Source: Ginsengibacter sp. (lineage in GTDB: Bacteria > Bacteroidota > Bacteroidia > Chitinophagales > Chitinophagaceae). Taken from it: a DNA stretch of 64,000 nt. Position 1 is the first letter of the stretch. Each line of letters opens with the position of its first letter. Shown piece by piece: positions 39,132 to 49,000 of the stretch. Under the pieces are notes generated by a model. The model was given only the letters and a program-made list of their open reading frames with translations, searched no databases and was not told where the DNA came from. The position numbers were made by a program, and so were the translations under genes. The stretch is taken from contig JAUCCB010000001.1 of assembly GCA_034676505.1 (NCBI GenBank), forward strand, positions 2,553,245-2,617,244, in the 5' to 3' direction.

Positions 39132-39197
39132 AATGGAATATTTATCTTTTGAAAAAATATAACGACTCGATATAAAAATACAAATCTATCAATTCTT

Positions 39198-39755
39198 ATG
39201 AAGAACATTTCCTCAAATCATTTTACCTTTCCAAAAAATTATCTGATGAAACCAACTATTGGCACATATCCTGAATATTTTCAACGATATATTGATGCTG
39301 TAAAAGACGACAATTTATTAAATGCTTTAGAAAATGGATGTATGGAAGCAATGCAAATTTTTCAAACTATTTCTGAAGAGAAAGCTTTGTATGCATACGC
39401 AGAAGAGAAATGGACGATCAAAGAAGTGATACAACATATTATTGATGCTGAAAGAATTTTTTGTTATCGCGCATTAGTTTTCGCCAGAAGAGATGCTACT
39501 CCGCTTCCTTCTTTCGATGAAAATAGTTATGCAGAAAATAGTTATGCCAATTCTCGCTCCATTCAAGAATTGATTAAAGAATTCTTTACAGTTAGAAAAG
39601 CGTCACAACTTTTCTTTCAATCACTTTCTGAAGATCAATTATTATTGTCAGGATGGATGAGCGGAAAATCTTCCTCAGCATTGGCTCTCGGATTTATAAT
39701 TGCAGGTCATTCTAAACATCATCTTAATATTTTACAAGAGAGGTATCTGAATTAA
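39198..39755 (+). CDS. DinB family protein
   Basis: 185 aa with a four-helix DinB-like His pattern (HIIDAERIF ... GHSKHHLNIL). The start may instead be the Met at 39246. Confidence 0.7.
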   Translation: MKNISSNHFTFPKNYLMKPTIGTYPEYFQRYIDAVKDDNLLNALENGCMEAMQIFQTISEEKALYAYAEEKWTIKEVIQHIIDAERIFCYRALVFARRDATPLPSFDENSYAENSYANSRSIQELIKEFFTVRKASQLFFQSLSEDQLLLSGWMSGKSSSALALGFIIAGHSKHHLNILQERYLN

Positions 39756-39760
39756 TATTC

Positions 39761-41275
39761 ATGAAAATATTTTCTGTTCAACAAATTAAAAAATGGGATC
39801 AATATACCATTCAACATGAGCCCATTTCTTCCATAGATTTAATGGAACGTGCAGCTATGGCTTGTTCCCACTGGATCTCTAATCAATTCACTGAAAATAA
39901 TCATTTCGTTATTTTTTGTGGCAATGGAAATAATGGTGGCGACGGATTAGCCATCGCGCGCTTGTTGATAGAAAACGGATATCAGGTTAAAGTATATTTA
40001 ATTGAACAGAAAAAAGCTAGCGAAGATTTTTCAATCAATTTAAATCGGCTTCATACCATTTCAGATGGTATTTATTTTTTAGAAAGTGCGGAGTATTTTC
40101 CTGATTTGAAAAACACCATTGTCATTGATGCATTATTCGGAACCGGGTTGAATAAAACTCCGTCCGGACTTATAGCTCAATTGATTCATTATATCAATAA
40201 AAATGCGCAAAAAATAATTTCGATAGACATCCCGAGCGGCTTATTTGCAGATCAACCTACTCCATTATCTGCTGTTGTAAAAGCTAATTTCACACTCACC
40301 TTTCAATGTGTAAAAAAAGCATTTTTATTAAGGGAATCAGCTGAATATGTGGGAAAATTAATTGTACTCCCTATCGGATTGTCTGAGGAATATGAAAAAA
40401 CTATTCAAACGAATTTGGAATTAATAGATGCGAAAACAATTAGAGAAATCTATCGCCCCAGAGATCCATTTTCTCATAAAGGAAATTTCGGGTATGCATG
40501 TCTGATAGTCGGAAGTTATGGAATGATGGGTGCAGCCGTTTTGGCTTCCAAGGCTTGCATGCGAAGCGGTGTTGGTAAATTACAAACATTTATTCCGCAG
40601 TGCGGCTATGAAATATTGCAATCAACTGCGCCGGAAGTGATGTGCACTATATTTGGAAAAACTTTTATAGAAAACATCAAAAGTGATTTTAAATTTGATG
40701 CACTTGGCATTGGGCCTGGAATTGGTCAACATTCATCTCACCAAAATTTGTTAGAATCTATTTTTTCAGAATGGAATCAACCACTTGTTATTGATGCGGA
40801 TGCTTTGAATACGATTAGCCAATCGCCAAAATTATTAGACCGAATTCCTCCACAAAGTATTCTTACACCTCATCCCAAAGAATTTGAAAGTCTCTTTGGA
40901 AAGACTGCATCAAATTTTGAAATGATTGAATTAGCCTTACAGAAATCCAAAGAATTTCAAATTTATATTGTATTGAAAGGGCATTTTACTTTCATCAGTA
41001 CTCCTGAAGGCAAAGGATTTTTTAATTCCACAGGTAATCCGGGTATGGCTACTGCAGGATCAGGCGATGTACTCACCGGAATTCTTACAGGTTTAATGGC
41101 GCAACAATACACCCCGCTCCAGGCTTGTATTCTGGGAGTGTATTTACATGGATTAGCTGGCGATGCAGCTATTCAAGATATGGGCGAAGAAGCTTTAATT
41201 GCAGAAGATATTATTAATTATTTAGGAAGGGCTTTTCGAGAAATTTCCAATGATTTCATTTTTAATGATCACTAA
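39761..41275 (+). CDS. nnr: bifunctional NAD(P)H-hydrate epimerase / ADP-dependent dehydratase
   Basis: 504 aa with a YjeF-N motif (GNGNNGGDGL) and a C-terminal carbohydrate-kinase-like motif (GSGDVLTG). Confidence 0.92.
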   Translation: MKIFSVQQIKKWDQYTIQHEPISSIDLMERAAMACSHWISNQFTENNHFVIFCGNGNNGGDGLAIARLLIENGYQVKVYLIEQKKASEDFSINLNRLHTISDGIYFLESAEYFPDLKNTIVIDALFGTGLNKTPSGLIAQLIHYINKNAQKIISIDIPSGLFADQPTPLSAVVKANFTLTFQCVKKAFLLRESAEYVGKLIVLPIGLSEEYEKTIQTNLELIDAKTIREIYRPRDPFSHKGNFGYACLIVGSYGMMGAAVLASKACMRSGVGKLQTFIPQCGYEILQSTAPEVMCTIFGKTFIENIKSDFKFDALGIGPGIGQHSSHQNLLESIFSEWNQPLVIDADALNTISQSPKLLDRIPPQSILTPHPKEFESLFGKTASNFEMIELALQKSKEFQIYIVLKGHFTFISTPEGKGFFNSTGNPGMATAGSGDVLTGILTGLMAQQYTPLQACILGVYLHGLAGDAAIQDMGEEALIAEDIINYLGRAFREISNDFIFNDH

Positions 41276-41375
41276 AATAGTTTTCTTGCTTTTGAGTGAA
41301 ATCAAATCTTTTAAAAGCTATGTTACTCAAGTAAATTAAGTATTATTTCTATTAGATTGTTTACATGCTTTACCC

Positions 41376-41383
41376 TATTTTTG
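41376..41383 (+). promoter_or_regulatory. Bacteroidota-type -7 promoter box for hppA
   Basis: TATTTTTG matches TAnnTTTG and lies 29 nt upstream of the hppA ATG. Confidence 0.45.
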
Positions 41384-41411
41384 CAAACCAAAAAAATAAG
41401 CAATAACTATT

Positions 41412-43841
41412 ATGACTAATTTGATTTACTTAATTCCCGCCATGGGCTTGGTGGGTTTACTTTACACTTTAATAAAATTTAAGTGGGTAGGCAAGCAAGA
41501 TGCGGGCAATGCAAAAATGAAAGAAATCAGCACTTACATCGCTGATGGAGCCATGGCATTTCTAAAAGCTGAATACAAAATTCTTACTTATTTTGTTATA
41601 ATAGCCGCCCTACTTTTAGGATTATTGGGCTATACAAGCGAAAATAGTCATTGGTCTATCGCATTGGCCTTTATTTCCGGCGCAATATTGAGTGCCTTAG
41701 CAGGTTTTATTGGAATGAAAGTGGCTACCAAAGCCAATGTGAGAACCGCTCAAGCTGCACGTACTAGTTTAGCCAAAGCATTAAAAGTTTCATTTACCGG
41801 TGGTAGTGTAATGGGATTAGGAGTAGCAGGTTTAGCCGTTTTAGGATTAGGCGGATTATATATTATTTTAAAAGCCGTTTTCGCACCTGAATCAGGAGTA
41901 GATAGTTTGGAAATGGAGCGCACGATAGAAGTATTAACCGGATTCAGTTTAGGTGCGGAAAGTATTGCTCTATTTGCAAGAGTTGGTGGCGGTATTTATA
42001 CCAAAGCTGCTGATGTTGGTGCAGATTTAGTAGGAAAAGTAGAAGCAGGAATTCCTGAAGATGATCCAAGAAATCCGGCAACTATTGCGGATAATGTTGG
42101 AGATAATGTAGGAGACGTAGCAGGTATGGGCGCCGATTTGTTTGGTTCTTATGTAGCAACGGTTTTAGCTACCATGGTTTTAGGAAGAGAAACTTTTTCT
42201 CAAGATGCGTTTGGAGGATTTGCTCCTATTTTGTTACCAATGTTGATTGCTTCTATCGGAATTTTATTTTCAATAGTTGGAACATTAGTCGTAAAAATTT
42301 CAGATAAAGCTGGATTAGATACAGGTGTTGTTCAAAAAGCATTGAACCTTGGAAACTGGGGCGCCATCGTGCTTACAGCAATTGCTTCTTATTTTTTAGT
42401 GATGTGGATCATGCCGGATACCGATATGGTTTTGAGAAATATTCATTTTACAAAAAATGGAGTATTTGGAGCCATCTTAGTAGGTTTAGTGGTTGGTACT
42501 TTAATGAGTATCATCACTGAATATTTTACTGCAATGGGAAAAAGACCTGTAATGTCTATTATTCGTCAATCTTCTACAGGGCATGCAACTAATATCATTG
42601 GTGGTTTAGCAGTAGGAATGGAAAGTACAATGTTGCCAATTTTAGTTTTGGCTTCAGGTATTTTTATGTCTTATTGGTGTGCAGGCTTATACGGTGTAGC
42701 AATTGCAGCAGCAGGAATGATGGCCACAACAGCGATGCAATTAGCCATTGATGCTTTTGGACCCATCGCAGATAATGCCGGTGGTATTGCTGAAATGTGC
42801 GAAATGCCCAAAGAAGTTCGTGAAAGAACAGATATTTTAGATGCCGTAGGAAATACTACAGCAGCTACCGGTAAAGGTTTTGCGATAGCTTCAGCAGCAT
42901 TAACTTCCTTAGCTTTATTCGCAGCTTTCGTTGGAATCGCAAAAATTGATGGTATCGATATTTATCGTGCGGATGTGTTGGCAGGGCTTTTTGTTGGGGC
43001 AATGATTCCGTTTATATTTTCATCCTTAGCCATTCGTGCTGTAGGTGAAGCCGCAATGGCCATGGTAGAAGAAGTGCGCAGACAATTCAGAACTATTCCG
43101 GGTATTATGGAAGGAACCGGAAAACCTGAGTACGAAAAATGTGTAGCTATTTCTACAGATGCTTCTATCAAAAAAATGATGTTGCCCGGTGCAATCGCAT
43201 TAATTTCCCCCATAATTATCGGTTTTGTTTTTGGTCCTGAAGTATTAGGCGGATTCTTAGCAGGTGCTACTGTGAGTGGTGTATTGATGGGTATTTTCCA
43301 AAATAATGCAGGCGGTGCTTGGGACAATGCAAAAAAATCTTTTGAGAAAGGTGCGTTGATCAATGGTGAAACTCATTTCAAAGGATCAGAACCTCATAAA
43401 GCATCCGTAACCGGCGATACTGTTGGTGATCCATTTAAAGATACCTCAGGCCCAAGTATGAATATACTTATTAAGTTGATGAGTATTATTTCTTTGGTTA
43501 TTGCTCCTACTTTAGCGTGTATTCATCATGATAGTATCCAAGAAAATAGACAAAATAAGATTGAATATTTACAAAGTATTTCTAAAGGTGAAAAAATAGA
43601 GCAACAAAAAGAAAACTGGACTTTACAAACTCCTGTAAAAACCGATAAAGTGCAAGCATCTGTGAAATCCTTTGTGGATGCATTAACTAAAGATGGATTG
43701 ATAAAAGAATCATCTTATTCAGTAGCCGTGCAAGATGGCGAATTATATATAGATGGTGAAAAACAATCAGCTCAAATTAATGAAAAATATAAAAACTATA
43801 TTTCAGAAACAGGCGATTTTATTACTAAAGAAACTAAATAA
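41412..43841 (+). CDS. hppA: membrane-integral pyrophosphatase (cation-pumping PPase) with ~107-aa hydrophilic C-terminal extension
   Basis: 809 aa with the PPase motifs [51 protein letters not shown] and [15 protein letters not shown]. The Ala in GNTTAA is the K+-dependent-type signature. Confidence 0.95.
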   Translation: MTNLIYLIPAMGLVGLLYTLIKFKWVGKQDAGNAKMKEISTYIADGAMAFLKAEYKILTYFVIIAALLLGLLGYTSENSHWSIALAFISGAILSALAGFIGMKVATKANVRTAQAARTSLAKALKVSFTGGSVMGLGVAGLAVLGLGGLYIILKAVFAPESGVDSLEMERTIEVLTGFSLGAESIALFARVGGGIYTKAADVGADLVGKVEAGIPEDDPRNPATIADNVGDNVGDVAGMGADLFGSYVATVLATMVLGRETFSQDAFGGFAPILLPMLIASIGILFSIVGTLVVKISDKAGLDTGVVQKALNLGNWGAIVLTAIASYFLVMWIMPDTDMVLRNIHFTKNGVFGAILVGLVVGTLMSIITEYFTAMGKRPVMSIIRQSSTGHATNIIGGLAVGMESTMLPILVLASGIFMSYWCAGLYGVAIAAAGMMATTAMQLAIDAFGPIADNAGGIAEMCEMPKEVRERTDILDAVGNTTAATGKGFAIASAALTSLALFAAFVGIAKIDGIDIYRADVLAGLFVGAMIPFIFSSLAIRAVGEAAMAMVEEVRRQFRTIPGIMEGTGKPEYEKCVAISTDASIKKMMLPGAIALISPIIIGFVFGPEVLGGFLAGATVSGVLMGIFQNNAGGAWDNAKKSFEKGALINGETHFKGSEPHKASVTGDTVGDPFKDTSGPSMNILIKLMSIISLVIAPTLACIHHDSIQENRQNKIEYLQSISKGEKIEQQKENWTLQTPVKTDKVQASVKSFVDALTKDGLIKESSYSVAVQDGELYIDGEKQSAQINEKYKNYISETGDFITKETK

Positions 43842-43863
43842 TTCTATTTCTAGAAAATTTTAA

Positions 43864-43889
43864 AAGCCCTGAATTGTCAGGGCTTTTTT
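43864..43889 (+). terminator. rho-independent terminator after hppA
   Basis: AGCCCTGA (43865-43872) pairs with TCAGGGCT (43877-43884). A T-run follows. Confidence 0.85.
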
Positions 43890-44002
43890 GTTGAATTGAA
43901 ACAAAATAATAAGTCTATATCAAACTATTATCCACACATATTAAAGTCAAATTATTTTGATTGGCATGTTAATTGTTTCCCTTTTCATTAAAAATTTATT
44001 TT

Positions 44003-44278
44003 ATGAAAAATTTATTCAGAAAACAAACTTACATCGCATTGATGACCACACTTTTTTTAGCTCTTACACAAGCAGTAGTATGGGCACAAGATAGTGCGAC
44101 AACATCATCATCTACAACAACCTCTACTTCTACGACTACAGAGCCAATGGCTATTCAACCGTGGATGTGGGTAGTGGGTGGAGCTATTGTTTTGATTATA
44201 ATTATTGCTTTAGTTAGAAGCGGTTCTAGCGAAAAAGTAGTTGTATCAAAGTCTCACACTACTGTAGATAAAGTTTAA
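44003..44278 (+). CDS. small bitopic membrane protein with Ser/Thr-rich ectodomain
   Basis: The likely start is MKNLFRKQ. It has a signal peptide (ALTQAVVWAQD), an S/T tract (TTSSSTTTSTSTTT) and one TM helix (VVGGAIVLIIIIALV). Confidence 0.45.
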   Translation: MKNLFRKQTYIALMTTLFLALTQAVVWAQDSATTSSSTTTSTSTTTEPMAIQPWMWVVGGAIVLIIIIALVRSGSSEKVVVSKSHTTVDKV

Positions 44279-44371
44279 AAATAATTTTGAATCTTACTCG
44301 CTTTAGTAAAGATTTTTCCGAAAGAAATTAATTTAAAACATTTATATTCATTTCTTAGGCAAATCAACCAT

Positions 44372-44836
44372 ATGCTTTACTCGATTAGTGAGATCAAAAA
44401 AGAATTAGAACAAAAAGATAGAAAGGAACTCTTAGAATATTGTATTCGATTCTCAAAATTTAAAAAGGAGAATAAAGAGTTCCTTTCTTTTCTTTTATTT
44501 GAAAAGCATGATTTGCCTGCGTACGTTCTTAAAGTTAATGAACAGACGAATTCCTTATTTGAGAACATCAATTTCTCGAGCGTTTATTTTATAAAAAAGA
44601 GTGTCCGTAAAATTCTACGACTAATCAATAAACACAATCGTTTTGCTTTATCTCCTGAAGTGGAAATAGAAACGTTGATCCATTTCTGTAATTGCTTTAT
44701 TGAATACGACATTCCCTTGAAAAACAGTTTGCAGTTGAAGAATATTTATCAATCACAATTATTGAAGATTGAAAAATTGTTAGAACTTCTTCACCCGGAT
44801 TTACAATATGATTTGCGAAAGAAAATTCTCTCGTAA
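44372..44836 (+). CDS. hypothetical all-helical protein
   Basis: A 154-aa ORF with coding-like composition and no recognisable motif. Confidence 0.45.
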   Translation: MLYSISEIKKELEQKDRKELLEYCIRFSKFKKENKEFLSFLLFEKHDLPAYVLKVNEQTNSLFENINFSSVYFIKKSVRKILRLINKHNRFALSPEVEIETLIHFCNCFIEYDIPLKNSLQLKNIYQSQLLKIEKLLELLHPDLQYDLRKKILS

Positions 44837-44870
44837 ATTATATCGCGAACATGATATTTTTAAATTCAAT

Positions 44871-46007
44871 TTACTCTTCTCCTTTATTTTGCAGTTTCAT
44901 CAAAGCCGCGTAAGCATTGGTAGTAATGATTTTCAATTCCAACAAATTAATTTTGTCATGACTTATTTCAATTTTTCCATTGGAGGAATTACCTGTTTGA
45001 ATCGGTATCATTTCAAAATGAAGATTCCCTTTATCTACAAAAATAAATTCTTTATCACCCGAACGAACCACTGCTTCTTCAGGAACCAAAATTGCATTGT
45101 TACTAATTATTTCAATCTCTGCATTTAAGAACATGCCGGGTAATAATTCATGCTCCGGTTTTTCAAAATGACAATGGACAATCGCACTCCTGTTTGCATC
45201 CAAATTTTTACTAACTAAAATTACTTCTGCCTCAAATATTTTCTCCGGATTATTGGCCATATAAGCGTGAATCTTATGCCCTATTTGAATTCGATGAATA
45301 TCTTTTTCAAAAACAGTTAATGCTAAATGCAAATCATTTGGATTTACTAATTCAAATAAAATATCCGAAGGGTTCACAAATTTGCCAATGTTCACATTTA
45401 CTGCCGAAACAAAACCACTGATGGGAGAATAAATATTTATTGATCTCGAAATATTATTTTCAGAAATTTTATCTGGGTTTAATCCTATCAGTCTTAATTT
45501 TTCTTTGAGGCTATTGACCATAATTTGTTGCATCCTATATTCACTTTCTGTTTGCTCAACTACTTTATCGCTGGAAGATTTATTCACGTTCAATAATTTC
45601 TGACGCTCGTATTCTTTTTGTAAAAAATAAGTTTTTGATTTTGCAATTAAAAAATCTTGTTGCAGTTGTATTAGTGACTGGTCCTGCATTACGGCAATTG
45701 ACTCACCTTTGCGAACCCTCATTCCTTCTAATAGATTAGTGGATTTCAAATAGCCTCCCAATGGAAAACTAATACTTACCATATTTTGAGGTGGCACATC
45801 TACTACTCCACTCACTTTTAAAATCGAACTCATTTTTCCGGTAACTGCTTTTCCTGTTTGTATTCTTGCATTTTTTATTTGTGCTTCGGTTAATACAACT
45901 ACATTTTCTTGAGGTTCATCTGCTTTAGTTGTAGAAGTGACTTCTTTATTTGTGCAAGAAGCCAATACAGCTAAGAGAAACAGCGTAATAATATATTTAA
46001 ATTTCAT
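44871..46007 (-). CDS. efflux RND transporter periplasmic adaptor subunit (CzcB/CusB-like)
   Basis: The start is at MKFKYIITLFLLAVLASC (lipobox), 11 nt after the stop of the pump gene. It has the HlyD/MFP layout: barrel-sandwich, coiled-coil hairpin and beta-barrel segments. Confidence 0.88.
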   Translation of the reverse strand: MKFKYIITLFLLAVLASCTNKEVTSTTKADEPQENVVVLTEAQIKNARIQTGKAVTGKMSSILKVSGVVDVPPQNMVSISFPLGGYLKSTNLLEGMRVRKGESIAVMQDQSLIQLQQDFLIAKSKTYFLQKEYERQKLLNVNKSSSDKVVEQTESEYRMQQIMVNSLKEKLRLIGLNPDKISENNISRSINIYSPISGFVSAVNVNIGKFVNPSDILFELVNPNDLHLALTVFEKDIHRIQIGHKIHAYMANNPEKIFEAEVILVSKNLDANRSAIVHCHFEKPEHELLPGMFLNAEIEIISNNAILVPEEAVVRSGDKEFIFVDKGNLHFEMIPIQTGNSSNGKIEISHDKINLLELKIITTNAYAALMKLQNKGEE

Positions 46008-46018
46008 CGGTATAATTT

Positions 46019-49000
46019 TTAATTGTTGACAAAACTGTTCATTTCTATAATTGTTTGATTCCAATCATTTATTGTATTTAGATATTCCGATTGGATGCCT
46101 ATGGATTGATTGATAAGCATCATCCATTCTATATAATTAATGGCACCATTTGCAAATTGCAGATTAGCATTTTCTGATAAAATTGTAGCGTGTTTTAGAG
46201 CACCTTTTTCATAATAATCCAATGACTGTTTATTTTTCTGATACTTCAATTGTAGTTGTTGAATCGTCGATTGATATTCTATCAATAATTCTTTATGCTC
46301 TAATTGAGCGACATTGTAATTTATTTTTCCGGAAGATATCCGCGCTTTATTGGCTCCATTAAAAATGGGAATATGCAGACCTAATTCCACCGCAGAAAAT
46401 CGATGAGAAGAAGTGAAATTTTTGGAAACTCCGTTTACATCTTGTGTACCTACAATTGATTGATTGAAATAGCTCAAACTCAATTGCGGCAATGTTTTTG
46501 TCTTAGTAACCTCAATCTCTTTCAGTATAATATTTTGTTGCTGTTCTTTTAATTTTACTAAAGGAAATGAGTAAGCAAAAGAAGTGTCTGGCAATACATC
46601 CAAATTGATTTTCAGCTTCCCATTTTCAGGAAAATATATTTCATTGGAGTGGAGTAATTTTCCAAATTGTGATTGAATAATTTTAAGATCACCTTTTATT
46701 TGTTGCAATTGATTGGCAATTTGCATTCTTTGGGTTTCGGCTGCAGTCTTTTCTAAAAGATTTGCGTCGCCTGCATTAAATCGTTGTTCTTGTCTTTCCA
46801 AAAAATTATTGTATAAACTATCTGCTTTTTGTAAAAGAATTATTTTCTCCTGCATTACCAACATTTGATAAAATAAAACGGTGACTTGCTTTTTTAATTC
46901 AGTTTTGATAACAGATTCATTCAATAAACTATTTTGCGTGTAGGCTTCCAGCAATAATTTTTGTTTTTTATACACTGCCGGAAATGAAATGTTTTGGCTC
47001 AATCCGAATTTGGTATCGTTGTAAGCACTATTTACATTTCCATATTCTCCGGTAATAGTGGTGAGTGGAATATCAATTGCACTGCCTTCCATTTTCTTGG
47101 AGGAAAGTGTTTTTAAAACTGATGCTTGCACAGATAAATTTTGTTGCAAAGCCTTGTCAATAGCGGATTGTAAGCCAATTGTTTTTTGCGCAAATACTCC
47201 ATTTGAAACAATAACTAATAACAATAAGGGAATAATTTTCTTTGTCTTTTTGAATATTCGCATTAGTGATTTTTTATTTTTTGAAACACTATTTTTTTCA
47301 ATCCATGAATACAAAATTGGTAATACCAATAGCGTAAGAAAAGTGGCTGTTATTAATCCACCGATTACTACAGTAGCTAAAGGTCGTTGTACTTCAGCGC
47401 CGGCTCCTTTGCTTAATGCCATTGGTAAAAATCCAAAAGATGCTACGGCTGCAGTCATTAAAACAGGTCTCAATCGTATTTCTGTTCCTTTGATAATTCG
47501 AGTTCGAACATTTAAAATTCCCGCTTTCTTTAGATGGTTCATTTCTGTTATCAATACTATTCCGTTTAAAACCGCGACACCAAATAAAGCTATGAAACCC
47601 ACGCCTGCAGAGATACTAAATGGCATATCACGAAGCCATAACGCCACCACTCCACCAATTGCAGAGAGCGGAATTGCTGTAAAAATTAATAAACCTTGCT
47701 TTACTGAATGGAAGGCAAAATAGAGCAATACAAAAATCATCAATAATGAAATGGGCACTGCCAAACTAAGCCTGCCTTTCGCCGCTACTAAATTTTCAAA
47801 TTCACCACCATAAGTGATAAAATATCCGGCGGGTAATTTTAATTGTTGACTAATTTTATTTTGCAATTCTTGAACTACGGATTGTACATCTTTTCCTCTA
47901 ACATTAAAGCCCACAGTGATTCTGCGTTGTGCATCTTCTCTCTGAATTTGATTGGGACCTACTTTTATTTGTACATACGCTACTTGGGATAATGGAATTT
48001 GTTGACCACTCGGAGTAGAAATTAAAAGATGTTGTACATCGCTTAAGCTTTGTCTGCTTTCATTATTCAATCGAACTACTAAATCAAAACGTCTTTCATT
48101 TTCAAAAACTTGTCCGCTCACTGCGCCAGCAAATGCAGACTGAAGTGTATTATTCGCATCTGCTATGGTTAATCCAAATTGAGTAAGTGCTGCACGGTTA
48201 TATTCTACAACTATCTGTGGTAATCCTGTAACGCTTTCTACATACACATCTTTTGCTCCATCAACTCCATTTACAATGGCTCCTATTTTTTCTGCATACA
48301 AATCCAAGGTGTCCAAATCTTCGCCGAAAATTTTACAAACCACATCCTGTCTGCCTCCTGTCATTAATTCATTAAAACGCATCTGCACGGGAAATTGAAA
48401 ACCCGCAGTAATCCCCGGAACATCTTCTAATGCTTTACTCATCTTATCTGCTAATTCATTAAATGATTTGGCCGAAGTCCATTGTTTTTTAGGTTTTAAA
48501 ATCACCATCATATCCGACGCCTCAATAGGCATAGGATCTGTGGGAATTTCTCCGCTTCCAATTTTTGTAACTACTTTTTCTACTTCCGGAAATTGTTGTA
48601 ATAAAATATGTGCAGCTTGTTGCGTAGACTTTATGGTAGTAGATAATGAACTACCTGTTAAAACTCTAGTATCCACCGCAAAATCTCCTTCTTCTAATTT
48701 CGGAATAAATTCTCCTCCTAATGTAGAAAGTAGCAAAATCGCAGCAACAAACACTACAACTGTAGCAGCAACAACCGTCCGTGGAATAGACAAGGCAAAT
48801 AATAAAATTCGTTTATAGCCTCTTTCTAATTTACGCATCATTCTATCAGAGAAATTATCTTTGTGTGATAATTTTTTACTCAAAACCAATGAACTCATCA
48901 TTGGAATATAAGTGAGTGATAATAGAAACGCACCAATAATTGCAAAAGCAACGGTCTGCGCCATTGGCTTGAACATTTTCCCTTCAATGCCTTGCAGGGA

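Noticed and set aside
42962-43363. 133-aa antisense ORF inside hppA.
   Set aside because: It is a shadow frame of a highly conserved PPase region.
44808-45128. 106-aa plus-strand ORF overlapping the ends of the 154-aa gene and the RND adaptor gene.
   Set aside because: It overlaps two better-supported genes and has no motif. It is most likely spurious.
47058-47723. 221-aa plus-strand ORF, together with those at 48468..48818, 49251..49463 and 49288..49488, inside the RND pump gene.
   Set aside because: All are antisense to a gene with unambiguous CzcA/TolC homology. Their composition is typical of the shadow frame of a membrane-protein gene.
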